Shown here piece by piece: positions 47,452-61,800 of a stretch of DNA of 64,000 nucleotides. Position numbers and translations under genes: made by a program. The number at the start of each line of letters is the position of its first letter. The stretch's first letter is position 1. The notes beneath the pieces are model-generated. The model did no database searches, was not told where the DNA came from, and was given only the letters and a program-made list of their open reading frames with translations. The stretch is from Balanoglossus misakiensis (taxonomy: Eukaryota; Animalia; Hemichordata): positions 3,895,227 to 3,959,226 of the forward strand of contig CM082579.2 in NCBI GenBank assembly GCA_040954595.2. The letters are read 5' to 3'.

Positions 47452-49826
47452 GTTGTAAAGCGAAGACAAGACACGTGCTAGGGAGTGCTCGATCGACTGC
47501 TGTGGACGTACGTTGAGAGCGGCAAATCTTACACAAGCCCCGATGAAAATCAACTCGGGTACGGCACTACACTCGGCGCTCTACACTCCCGCCGGTCGTA
47601 CGCGCTCCACCATAGACGAGCAGCTGGACTGTAATGTGCATGACAACTATATATTATAACCTGTTTATCAGTCCATGTTACGACACCGCATTATTATGCA
47701 AATTGGGGTCAAACTGATCAGTAGGCTGGGTCGGGTCATGCGGTGTCACACAGTCTCCAAAGACCACTATATCAGTGGGCGCATAAATTTGAATAAACGT
47801 CGCTTCATCGATAAAATAGACATACAATAATAAACAGCCTTTTTGACACATAAGATAAGAACAGTTATGTGGGAGAAATGGTGAGCTATAACACGCGCAG
47901 ATCACAAGGAATACTGTCCATATCGTATATGCAAAGACTGCCTTCGAAAGTGGCACATTTCCAGAAGAAAATGTTGTTTAATTTTCGAAAATCAAAACTT
48001 TAATATCTGACTATGCCTTTTTGTTGATTAAAAGCATATTACGTCTTTTTGTTGTCTAGTTTTGTTTTCCAAAAAGTGCCCCAAAAGTATCCCAATGTAT
48101 CACAGTGACAGTAATTTTAAAATCCGGGATATTTTTTCTCAGTTTATCAAATTTCACAAGACAAATCCATACACTCTTTCGGGCCTATTACAAATTGAAT
48201 CTGGCTTGAACTCATTTCAGCGAACAATTCTCTCACGTGCTTATAATTAATTATAAATTAACTCACGTGTCTGGTTTTAGTAACGCTGTGTGTACTGAGA
48301 AACAGTGATAGTGCATCGGAATGTCCTGTCAGTATGCAGTCACTAATGTATGTGTGTATGTATGTATATTTTTTAACCACATGACTCTGTATGGTCGCTA
48401 CTTTCTCTGTCGATTAATGTGCAAACTGGGTAATATTAGCAAATTGATCCATGACTCTCAGAGAAACACGGTTCGCGAAGGACTATTCTCAAATCTGAGC
48501 AAACCACAATCCACACTTGAAATCATCCGATTTGCACGTAGTGGGCGTGGCAAAATGTTCTATTTGCGGGGAGATAAACTGTATACCCTAGAATGTCTAA
48601 ACCACCTGTTGGAAGAGTCTCAGAAGTCGCATATCAGTTTTAAGCATCTCGAAGTTTTAAATACAATGTTGGACAGGTGCCAAAAAATCAACGAAGTAAC
48701 TAACTGTCCATGGAGTTCGTATCTTAATGACCTACTTCCAAAACTGTTTACAATGCTAACTGTGTCAGACCGACCGTATATAGCAAAGTCATTGTTGAAT
48801 TCGGGGCAGAGGTTGAACCCCTGGATCTGCCCACGTGCTAATAGCTGCAATACAATAACAACACATGTAGTCCTTCCACCGACAGTTATCTTTATTTCCA
48901 GTAGAAATAGTTGGTCGTCGCATATGTTTATAGGATTTTGTAACCCCTCGATTTTCACGAAGTCTCTCGTCCCCAGTATCACAAGTCCTCCAGATTTTCC
49001 TCAGCATGTATCGATCTTCATAGTTTTGTTGGCTATCAGATCTATTAAATAGGTATGAGACTCAGGGATCAACTATTCAGCCACTTATCTTCAACACACC
49101 ACGAACGTATCACCTCACCGAGCTATGTACCATATTGTTTTCAGCATGTTCAAGCCTTTATCGATTTAATCACCGGCAATAAAATATAGCAATAAAGAAC
49201 AGGCAATAAAAAGATCAACAACTGTTTAACTACATATGTCTATCCAGCTGTAGGTGAAAGGTAACAGGTGGCTGATGCAACATTCAAATTATCCGCTATG
49301 TATTACACTTTCGCAGTGGCACATTATGGGGGGATTTTGTATATACATTGTATACCCTGTACTGTCAAATGGGGGAAAGATTAAACAGCCTCCACTCTTC
49401 GCTATGCACTTCCCCGAGGTTTTGCCGTCATAGAAATCGAGAGTTCTCTCGAATAAGAACAACACAGCAATATTTATGTTGCGTTATATATTGTGCGATA
49501 CATTATCATGGCATAGTGTTCGGGAAATTTACCACCCACTGCGTGTTGTATTTGCATGATTACTTGGCCATTTTAGTCTGAATAAGACACATTTTCCATA
49601 TACATGCATTCCTGTATATACGGTGAAAGTTGAAATGAAAAAAAAACGCCATAAAGTTATAGTATATTTCCTGCAGACATCCTTAGTGATTAAAAACTTC
49701 AAAGAGTAAAATGTTCTAAAATATACACGAGTAGGACGGATATTGTATTGAAAAAAAAGAGACAATAGCCTCGGTATATATGATATGTGAGGGTACAGAA
49801 TCACTAGGAGTGTGTAAATGTCTTCT

Positions 49827-52800
49827 TTAATTGATGGGTGGTAGGACCGGTTTCTCGAACGGCGGCTTCTGCAGCTCCGGGCTACTCAGCGACGTCACAG
49901 ATATTCTGGACGGTGTCAGGGGGCGCTTCTGGTTTGATCTTGCTTCAACCGAAATGACACCCGCCGGTGGGGCAGTTCCGTCATACCCTCCTTGCGTCGC
50001 CAGGTTATCTTGTCCCGTTACGCGGGCTCCGCTGTGATCGACGAGCTGGTATTTTTGTTCGGGGTCTCGAGAATACGGCTCGTGCTGTACCTTGAAACAC
50101 CCCTGCCTTTTCATACGCAGTCTGAAAACGTACAAGTTTAGAAGCGTATGTGAATCCGGGGTGTCAATAAATTTAAAGACCACAGTCACGTTTCGTCGGC
50201 ACAAAAAGAACACCAGCTATCCCTTTGGAAGTCTGCCATCGATCTTTCTATTTTTACATCAACTAATATTTTTTTATCGCCATCCTGGTTAATACATGTC
50301 ATCCCTAAGCACACCATAATATCTCATGTTGAGATCTCCGACAACGGACGTTTCTGAGACTAGTCCAGTGATACTCAAACTTACCCAACAAGTATTATGA
50401 TCACGGTCAGTATAATTGCTACCATCAAGCAGCCGACAATAATAGCGGCGAGTTGCAAAGGAACCTCAGGTTCGATATATTCACCTGTATAAAGCCAACA
50501 AAAATTGATGTCTCAAAAAGGAATTGAACAAAGACAGAGAGAGAGAAGAAAATAATTATCTCATCTTTCATCACTGAAAACGGGAAACACTGTGGTACTC
50601 CATTTCTGCAAGTGACTTGCTTTCATGGTCGTGGGCGATACAATTCAGTGATTCACTTACCCAAAGTCGGCGAAACAGTTGATTCCTCAAGATCTATAAT
50701 AATCAGATATTTTTGAAAGGTAAATATAATATCACCAGTACTTTATATGCGATAAATTCAAGTTTTGACCGAATGTCTCCTCATCTGAAGATATGGTAAT
50801 TATAGAATTTATAACGCGGAATTCAAAGGTATCAATATAAATTTATAATTACCATAGCAATCATCCAATTGTCTGGACCCTGTCTGTTGTGTCGTCATGC
50901 CCTCAGGGCAGGGTGTACAGCTGATCTGGCCTTCCGTGTCTTGGTAGAAACCAACCTCACACGGCTGGCAGGTTTCGTTGACGTAGTATGACCCGACTGG
51001 ACAGAACACTATGCAGGCAAGAATCGGACGAAAAATGCATTCGTTATACGTGTGGTGGGGAGACCATGACAATTTAAAGGAATATTGGATGTGAGTTTTG
51101 GTTACTTTTCAGTTCAAGTTTCGATTCTCTGAATGTTGAAGTTATAAACTTTTTATAAGTTCATGGTGATGATGTTAAATATTGTGGTATTTCTACCATA
51201 TCATTCCCTGCTTATTCCGAATCATTCTGTGATGCTCACCGCAGTGGCCAAACTCCTCCAGACTAGCGACGGCGCCAGGGCGACAGGAGAAGAGACTGGC
51301 GTCGTAGAAGGCGTCCGGGTCAAGATCGTACACGTTGCCGCCCACGGTCAAGCTCAGCGTGCCGTCCGCCGTCAGGTTCTTCATCACCTCCTTGGCGTGG
51401 TACAGGAGAAGCAGCGCCCTCCCGAACATCTCGAAGCTGTCCTCGTTCTCCTCGCCGTTCTCCAGCACGGTCGTCTGCAACTCGTCCGGGATATCGAAGG
51501 CGAAGGTGAACGACGCAAACGTTCCCTCCAGCTCCACCTCGGTGACGTCACGCTTCGCGATTCCCTGGTGTTCGCAGTTAAATATCTGCGGAGTGCCGTC
51601 GATTCTGCAGTCACCAGTGGACAGGCAGTAGACTTCCTGGCTGTTGTCTTGGAGCATGGCGTCCACGGCATGACTAGCTTGGACCTGGTCATCGCCATCT
51701 TGACAACTAAAATTGGGGATTCTCACCATCATGTCCGTTTTCTGAACCGCGGGTATGAGTTGTTCTGTGAATAGATGAATTATTGCATTTTATAGGTCCA
51801 AAAGGTATTTTCGCCAAATTTCCCTTTGTTGCAAAAAATGTGGATTCCGATTGGCACACCAGACTCTGAGTAGGGTTACTCCCATTAAGACTACAAGGCA
51901 ATTAAGTATCTTTTCTTCAAAGCTATACCTGCGCAATTTGGAAGATCTGCTCGTGGGTTTTGATCGTGTTGGTGATTCCAGACATAGTTGGTGCTCGGTC
52001 CACAGAAGTATTCTGGATACACGTAGTCCATGATTTCATAGCCAGGGTTACAATCTATGGCACATGCGTGTTCTCCGGTGTCGTTGACTTCACAGCTCAC
52101 AACTCCGTGGTTAGGGTCCCTCAGTCGGACACATTCTGTCGTCAATGAAAAGACGAAAATTCAAAGTAGTACTTTTTTTATGAAAACAAGACGGTGAACA
52201 TCATTTTGTCCTTGCTCTCAAAAAGAAAAAGACTCCCAATATACCAAAAATCCAAACCATTATCAGTTACTTAAGGCTGTTTAGTACATTTTTTACCTGG
52301 ACAGTTTTGTGTATTGCATGCTTCTGTTTCATTGGCGCTGCCAACACAGTCCGCGCCGCCCTCTTCAGCCGGTGGCACATCACATGACCTGTGACGACTG
52401 CGTATCCCTCCGCCGCAGGTCACACTACACTGTCTCCATGGTGCCCAGCCTTGCCAGTGGGCAACAACTGCAAAGTGAATATACATGTTTTTTAAATTAA
52501 TAAAAGCAAATTCAGGAAGTTTGTGATAGTATTTGAACCTGTGGGCACTCAATCTTTATCGTATGTGGTCAACAAGTCAACCCCAACAAATTTGCGGACT
52601 TTGCCAAATTAGAACAACTCTGAATTAATACAATGTTCAAAGCTTCTCATGTCACAGTAAAATGTGATTCCAAATATATTGAGCGTTTATAAAGGTACAT
52701 TAAGATGTACAGTGCATTGCTCACAAACTTACTTTCTTCCACTTCACAGAAATCACCGAGGTATCCATGACGACAGCTACACGTGTAATTCATGAGACCG

Positions 52801-55800
52801 TCCACACACCGGCCGCCATTTTGACAGAGATGACCCTGGCAGTCGTCAATGTCGACGTTGCATCGCTTCCCGGTATAGCCTTCTGGACACACGCAGGAGA
52901 AAGTGCCAAGTTCGTTGATGCACGTACCACCTTCTTCACAGGGGCTGCTGTCACAGTCGTCGTGATCTGAAAGTTGAAACAAGGTTGAGAGTAACATCTT
53001 TTTGTCGTGTTCAACCACAGGTCCTTGCGAATGGTGATTGGATGTCGCCATTCGCAAGCATCCGTGTGTACAACGAAGCTGATAGTTTATTGCATTGTAT
53101 ACACGAGACATCCAAACCATGTGGAGTGTCTGCTCACGAGATATGTCATCTTGAAGCATGGGGTTCACATGTATTTCTTACCGTCGCACATAGATGGCGA
53201 GACGTCAAGCACTGTGCCGACGAGTTCTTGCGAGAAGTCAGGCCACGCGCGCACGTTTCCATGGATGCCAGAGTCGCACTCGGAGCTCAAACGCTGAATG
53301 TTGTCGTCTGTCAGAACAAAGTCCCATAACTGGAGGTCGTGCATTTCACCAACAAACGACGGGTCGCTACCGACGATACCTGTATTTGAGACGATGACAA
53401 ATTTGCCTTAATGCATGAACTTTACAGATTCTGAAGTTCATATCAGAAACGATCACTATTGAATCGAGAAACCCCATGAAGTAAAAATGAGTTCCTTTGG
53501 AATCTCTAGACCAGCATTAAGTGCCATTTCATACCAAGATATTGTTGATTCTGTCCGACTGTAATGATTCCACCTCCTTCAATGAAATAACTCTCCTGAA
53601 ACCCATTTCCGCTCGACTGCAAACTTCCATCTTTGTATGACATCCACGACCCGCCTTGACTTGTCCAGGTCACCAGCAAATGGTGCCAGGCGCCATCACT
53701 GATTGAAGTACCCATTGAGATCATTTCGCTGCAAATAAATGAAAATGATACAGCTGCCGTGTTTGAACTATCAGAGATGTTCAGTTATCAAAAGTCATTT
53801 TGAGTAAATTATGCACAACACTCATATTAAGCTTGTACGACACGAGTCAACCAGTCCTGTTTCAACCAAAGCATTCTAGGACTTCTCTTGAACACTGGAT
53901 ATTGGAGAACACAATTGACAAACATCTTGCAACATCGTTCAGAGTTTGGCATTTACAAGTTGATGACATGCGTATTTAGTTTGTTTGTTATGCTTACTTT
54001 CCAATGTAGAGTTTTAGGTCAGCTGGATTTTCGAGACTCAATGTCTTGTCACCTAGCTCAGTCGCATTCCCCGTGGCATACGAGAAGATTGCTGCGTCCG
54101 CAACAGATGTTCTTATCCACGCACTTAGCGTGAAGGCCATCAGGTCATTTGGAATGGCATCTTCAACTATGGCATACTCAGTGTGGCCGTGAGAAACAAA
54201 CTTGAGATCAAAGTCACGAGGCATTTCTGAGAATTTAAACAGATGCGAGTTTATAAGATGTTTCCGATGGTGCTTCTTGGAGTTAGATGGAAACAAAGAC
54301 ATAAACACGACGCTGAAAGAAAATAATTGATTTTTTTTTCGGGTCTGCATCCATAATAGTATAACTGCGGACTTTTTGCAGAGGGCATGTGGTATGTGCT
54401 CCTTTCAGCAAAAGCAATTTTCTCTTCCTTAACAGTACATCCAAAAAGATTAAGCCGAACCAATTTTGCACCAGCGAGAACACAATCTATATGTTAATCT
54501 CAAACCAGTGTTGACAGACGCGTACACCATCAAAATTCTTTTGATGGCTAGCGCAGAAATGATTCTATACATATGATATTACCTGTTTCGCAGTTCATTC
54601 CGGTAAATCCAGGGGCGCAGGTGCACGTGTAATTGTTGAGTCGGTCGATGCACGTTGCTCCATTTTCACACCGACTGATTTCGCAATCATCTATATCTGT
54701 CTCGCAGGTTTTGCCTCTGCAAAGACAAAGTGCGATCAGGAAATAAAGTTACTGAGTATTATTATGAACAGATTCCTTTCCAGGTATAGGCCTTCTAAAG
54801 AGGATCCCGATATTTAAGCAGATGCATAAAATTAATCACTTACGTGTATCCTTCCAAGCATTGGCAATGGTAATCATTGATTCCATCTGTGCAGTTGGCA
54901 CCATTTCTGCATGGATTCGGTATGCAATCGTTGATATTGACTTCACACAGTGTTCCCCTGAACCCTGAAAATTAAGAGGGAAGTGAACTAAATAAATTCG
55001 AGCGGATTAATTCTTTCCTTCATGAAAGTGTGCCACCCTTTCCTTTGACATTAATCACACATGCAGTAGGAATGCACAGAAAGGCGACTTACCTGGTTGA
55101 CACACGCATGTGTAACTGTTGAAGCCATCGATACACGTGGCCCCATTCTCACAGGGTTGATAGACTCTGCATTCATCAACTTCGTCTTCACAGAATTGAC
55201 CTTCATAACCCGAGGGGCAACGACAGAAGTATCGTCCGACCTATAAGACAATTCAACGAAAGAATTCCAATTACATGTACCACTTACTTTTATATTAACC
55301 AGAGTCTATCAACCCTGTGAGAATGGGGCCACGTGTATCGATGGCTTCAACAGTTACACATGCGTGTGTCAACCAGGTAAGTCGCCTTTCTGTGCATTCC
55401 TACTGCATGTGTGATTAATTTTATGCTATCTTGCCGATCGCACTCATCGTGTCAAGATTGGAAATGTGTTTTCTCATCATTTGCAAGTGAAGTATGGCGT
55501 TCCACAGGGATCTGTCCTCGGGCCAATTTTATTCACGCTCTACACAGCACCACTAGAGGATATTATATTAGGCCATAATCTTGACTACATGATGTACGCT
55601 GATGACACACAGTTGTACATTATCTGCAATAAACCTGAAGATGTTAGCGCCGGCGTTGAAATGTGCGTTGATGATATTCGCGGATGGATGAGAAGTAACA
55701 TGCTGGTGCTGAACGATAACAAGACCGAAGTTATTCATTTTTCATCACGCTTGAAACACGATATGGCAGAACTGCATAACCTCAGGATTGGTAAACATAA

Positions 55801-58800
55801 CATCACTCCCTCTCCTTTCGTTCGGAATCTTGGTGTTATTCTCAACAGGGATGGCTTTATGGGTGAACATATCAGTCAACTTTGTAGGAACGCATATTTC
55901 TCTTTATCAAGAATCGGTAAAATTCGTAAATTACTCGACAAGCCCACTACCGAGAAACTCATTCATGCATTCGTTACCTCAAGACTCGACTATTGTAACA
56001 GTCTGTTCTATGGCATCTCAAATGACCAGCTGATCCGTCTGCAGTCTGTTCAAAATGCAGCAGCCCGCCTCGTCACAGGTACACGCAAATATGACCACAT
56101 CACCCCTGTTTTCATTGATTTACACTGGTTACCTGTGAAAGCTCGTATACAATTCAAAATTTTATTGACTACTTTTAAGATTGTTAGAGGTGATGCACCG
56201 CTTTATCTGACCGATTTAATTGATCTGTACGTACCGTCAAGAAATCTGCGATCTTCTGAGAAATTACGTTTAACTCCTCCTCGCGGATATTTTAATAAGT
56301 CCTACGGTCAGAGAGCTTTTTCGGTATCTGCCCCTTTGCTGTGGAATGCACTGCCTTCAGAAATTCGTTGTGCCAGAAATACTACTTCTTTTAAACGTTG
56401 TTTGAAGACCCATCTTTTTAACAAGTTTTACTCGTAAGTGTAGTAGTTGTTCTTTGTATCTTTTTTTAATACTTTGTTCAGCGCACTGAGACGTTTGTGG
56501 AGTGCGTTTTTAAGAATTAAATATTATTATTATTAAATATTATTTCACAATGAATGTACACTTACTTGATCAATACAAGTTGCAGCATTCTGGCAGGCGT
56601 GGCCTACACAGTCATCGATGTTCACTTCGCAGTATTGCCCTTCAAAGCCATCCGAACAAACACACTGGTATCCGTTCATTCCATCCTCACAAGTGGCGCC
56701 GTTCTGGCACAGATTCCCGGGGCAGTCGTCCCTGTTCACCTGGCACAGACTGCCTTCCCACCCCGACGTACAGTCGCACCTGTAGCCGTTCACATGGTCG
56801 ACGCAGGCGGCGCCGTTGGCGCAGGCGTGGCCGAGGCAGTCGTCGATGTTGGTCTCGCAGTTTCTCCCGGTGAAGCCCGGCGGGCAGTCGCACCTGTAAT
56901 CGTTGACCATGTCGATGCAGTAGGAGTTGCCACTGCAGGTCACCCCGACGCAGTCGTCGACGTTGACCTCGCAGTTAGCCCCACTCCAGCCGTCTTCGCA
57001 CGAACAGGAGTAACCATTCTCCAGGTCCGTGCACGACACGGCATTGACGCAGGGGGACGACAGACACTCGTTTATGTTGATCTGGCACTGCTTGCCGGCA
57101 AAACCCGGGGCGCAGTCACACCTGTAGCGGAGGCCCGGCAGGTCTTCGCAGGTGCCGCCGTTGTAGCAGAGACCAGGTGTGCAGACATCGAGGTCCTCCT
57201 CACAGTCGGTACCGCCAAAACCGGGCAGACATTCGCAGGAATAGGAGTCGACATTATTGTGGCAGCTGCCTCCATTTTGGCAAACCACGGTGTCACACCA
57301 CTGGATGGTTGTCTGACAGTCACTGCCCGTGTACCCTGGAGTACAGCTGCATAAGTACGAGTCTCCCACGGCCGTGCAGGTCCCCTCGTTTAAACATGGC
57401 TGGGCGTCACAGGCAGTCATCAGGAACGCACAGTCGTAACCTGAATATCAAGAGGGGAATATGACATTTTGTAATAACCTATTACAGACAATCGTGTCCA
57501 TCAAGCTAAAAAATAAAATGACAAGAAATTTTAAGCTAAGAAGGAAATTATTTGTTCCTAGAGCTTGATCTGTGGCAGTAAAAGTGGCAGGGTTAGATCA
57601 CTATTTTCGAAACACCTGGCATCATTTCTCGGTCTTGCATATATATTTTCATACCCGTGAATCCGACAGGGCAAGTGCAGGTGAAATTTCCATTTCCTTC
57701 TTGACATGTACCGCCGTTCCTGCAAGGGTTGTTATCACATCTGCTGATGGCGATTTCGCAGTTGTCTCCGGTGAACTCTGCAAGGCAACTGCATTTATAG
57801 CCGCCAACGAGATCACTGCAGCTGCCTTCATTCTCGCACGGCTGAGACTCACATTCGTCCACTTCGTCCTGGCACGTTTCTCCTGTAAATGAGAAGGACG
57901 GCTATCATGAAGGGCCATCGGTATGACTGACATGACAATGTTACATATCAAACCTTTTCAGTAGTTGAAGTATTCGTTCATCTATCCACCCATTCGTCCA
58001 TTCTTTCATTCACCCACAACAACTAAAGCTGACATATACTTTCCTGTAAAGCCGGGTTGACAAACGCACTCAAATCCATCGACCAAGTCCACACACGTGG
58101 CATCGTTGGAACATGGCTCCCTGGCGCAGTCATCAATGTCGATCTCGCAGTTGGCGCCGTTATAACCAACGGCGCATGTGCAACTGAACCCGAACCCATC
58201 ATCTTCAGTTATCTCAGTGGGAGTGCACGTTCCCAGATTGTGGCAGGGGTTTGGCGAACACGGTTCGTGTTCAAGTTCGCATGTTTCACCCGCCCAGCCC
58301 TTCGGACACGTGCACTGGTAGAAACTTCCAAGATCGTGACACGTGCCGTTGTTGAGGCACGGCTCTTCCAGGCACAGATCCAAGTCAATCTCGCAGTCCA
58401 GGCCCGAGTACCCGTACGGGCATGCGCACGTGTACGAGTTGATCTCGTCGGTGCAAGTGCCCTGGTTCCGGCAGGGGTTCACCCGGCATTCGTCGATGTT
58501 GGTCTGACACGAGGCGCCCGTGAACCCGTCGGCGCAGGAACAGAAGTACTCGTTCAGGAGGTCGATACAAGTTCCGCCATTTTGACACGGACCGGAAACG
58601 CATTCGTCGACTTCCGTTTCGCAGGTTTCTCCCTCGTATCCCTGCGGACACAGACATTCGTAGCTGTTGACTCTATCCCTACAAGTGGCGTTGTTCTGAC
58701 ACGGGTAGCTGTCACATTCGTTGATCTCGAAAAAGCAATCCACACCTACAAATGGAAGACGGGATGATGTACTATCGCTCATTACAAACTGAACATCCTA

Positions 58801-61800
58801 TTGGGAAGCGAAGTTGTACGTCACAAGTAAATTGACTCAAGACGCTTTATACCCACGTTCAAAAAAATAAATGACATTCAACTTTACTTTCGTTCTTAGA
58901 AATATAACGAGAGGCTTTACATAGTCATAACTTCAGTTTGAAACTAAAATCGTGCCATTGAGGCTTTATGCAATCGGTTGTAGAGATACATCTTTATACC
59001 ATGCAAAAGCAAATTGTACCTGTAAACCCTGATGCGCATGTACAGGAGAAGCCGTTGACGTCATCGATGCACGTGGCACCGTTGTTGCATGGCAACGACT
59101 CGCAGTCATCGATGTTGTCTTGGCAGTCGTGCCCACTGAACCCATCCACGCATGTACAGTAGTAATATTCCACGTTGCCATGGCAGACGCCGCCATTCAC
59201 ACAGGGGTCCTCTGAACACCAATCGATTTCTGAGGCGACACATACACCAGGTTATAATCTGAATCTATTACTAGTAATATGATTTAGAATTGTAAAGCAT
59301 CACCAGAAGATATAAATAAGATAATGTGGCTTAAGTTTACATGATCAGAAAATTCTGATGATGACCTAGATAACCAAATACAGTAATGTATTTTATCCTT
59401 GAATGAGAAAAATTCTAATTATCACATCTTCGAGACTCGCAGGAATACAAGCTCTTCACGCGTATTTGTAAAGCTCCGTGAAAACGATTTGAATAGATGA
59501 TTGACCTCAATGCCATTTTCATGAAACGTTTTATCGTGTTGTTGCAGTATTGTTCACTTTGACAAAAGAACTGGCCTTGTACAATATTCCGGCTTTAATA
59601 CACAAAGTGCATTTTATACTCAAAATCAAGCAACTCACAATTGCCACGAAATATAGTAAATTAAAATTGCACATCGAGGCAAGAAAAGTATGTTATCATC
59701 ACATTACGGGCGTATTTGATATCACATGTAACCATGGTTACAATGAGTGATAGTGCTGCCAACGGCGGGCTCCCTTCGAGTGTTTCGAAACAGAGCGATA
59801 TCACAGGGCGATGGCCCCAAGTGCTGTTTTAAAGTTGTCAAGTCCACTGGCACTGTTGTCGTTTTCGTTTGCTTTATCGGATGTCATTTTCACAAGTTTT
59901 TCCCCCTCGAATCAAAATTGACATGGACTATGCAAAAACACATGCTCTTACCTGAGCAATCTGCTTCGGTCACACTCCCAAGGTGTCTGGTTGTTGTATC
60001 GTCGCCTGGGCAACCGATACAGTCTTGCTGGAAGGTGTCAGGTTGGTAGCTGCCTCTGGGACACTGGGTGCAGGGGGACAGTCCGTCAGCAGAGAAGGTA
60101 CCAGCGGTACAGATGGCTAAAAGAATAATGAGTGTATTCCATATGCCACAGCTTCCATTTATTTGATGAATTAGTGTGAGAAAGCTGAAAAGTCAAAATT
60201 CGTACATCTACATCATGTGTACTCGTGTTTCATGTCATACTCTATTGGCCGATTTGTGCATTTACATACCTCGACACTGGTTGGCATCAGTGGAGCCTGT
60301 ACCCAAAGTTGTTGTCCCAACCGGGCATGGCATGCACTGAGTTGAACCGTTCAAAGGCTGATATGTCCCCACTGGACACCTCGAACAAGGGATGACGCCG
60401 GTAGATGACACCGTGCCAGGATCACAGTCCGCTGTAATGCAACGATAGAGACAGATATTTTGACATAGGTGTATCATACTGAGTATTAAGAAAATTAAAA
60501 TCACGTAAATGGTTTCCACCTACGCAAACACTTGGTGATGTTCCTTGTTCCCGTTTCTGTCGTCGACGTGCCGGGTGGACACTGCTTGCACTCGGTCTGC
60601 GAATACTCGTCCTGATAGAAGCCCTTCGGGCAGTCGTCGCAGCCACCCGTTGTCCCGTTGAAAAACGTTCCCTCTGCACAGCCAACTGTAGAGTTCAAAT
60701 GCGCCATGGAATACAAATTAATTTTAGTGGATGTGAATAGGTAAACCTCAGTGGTAGTCCGTTCACCAAGCATGTGTTTACGCGTCGTGTGTGACATTTT
60801 ACGCAAAAGCCGTGCTTTTAGTTGGGAAAGTTTTCTGACTGATAATGACTAAGGCGTACCTATACAATTAGACAACCTTGTGTCAGAGCTGAGTAGTTAT
60901 TGGAGTGTTGCTAACGGAAACGAAGAACTCTCTCCCGAATGTACTCTCAAGTGGTCAAAATAACTTACCACATCCTAATGTGTCGTACAGCGGTACCTTG
61001 CCATAGTCGCAGATCAAGTCATTGTAGCCGAACAAGAGAGACGACACGTCGACTTCGAACTCAACGCCACCGACCTCTGGCAGTTCCATTTCTCCAGAGT
61101 TCAAAGCGGACTGCACTTTGCCCATCATGCCGTACAGCGTTGACAGGGATGTCTGGTAGCTGTCGCTGAACTCCGTGCTGTTGTCCTCCGCGTTGACGAT
61201 ATTGACGACCAGTCTGAATTGGAGGTGGAGTCGGTGGGTCGTCGTTGATCGCTTCTTCTTGGCACTTTGCGGGCCGCACGTGACCTCGACGTTCTCCACC
61301 TTGCACTCCTGCCAGCTGGTGCACACGTCATTGGTGAGCGACACATCGGTCATCAGCAGAGTGATGAAGTTTTCACGTATCTGTTGCTGGGTTGCAGGGT
61401 CATTGCAGTCTCCGGAGAAGTAATAGATGTCGGCCAATAGGCTATTCTGACCAGGAAAAAGTCGAGCTGTGAAAGAAAGATGTTTCAATTACTAACCAAT
61501 AACTAACAACGAGATGGTTATCGAATTTGTGGAACCACAAGTTTCCGGGGTGAAAACATCATCATCGTCGGTGATTCCATGCACTGACCACAAGTAGACA
61601 AAAATAAATGTACATAAAATCAAATACTGAAAGCTTACCGACACAGTCTGGAGGAGAAGACGCCCAAATACCGGAGGAACCGCATACGAAGTAAGTCCCC
61701 TGATTGTAGCCACGTGGTATATCGTAGGTGTCTCTGCACGCCATCTGGCAGACTCTTCCACCGTCCAGCCAACCATCGCAAATTAATGCACCGTCAGCAG

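Noticed and set aside
55274-55290. ATGTACCACTTACTT resembling 56554-56567 as a LINE target-site duplication
   Set aside because: Imperfect, not flush with the element ends, and explainable by donor-like/TACATGTA motifs.
56554-58767. Long plus-strand ORFs (266 aa and 236 aa)
   Set aside because: Antisense shadows of GC-rich EGF exons, with no independent motifs.
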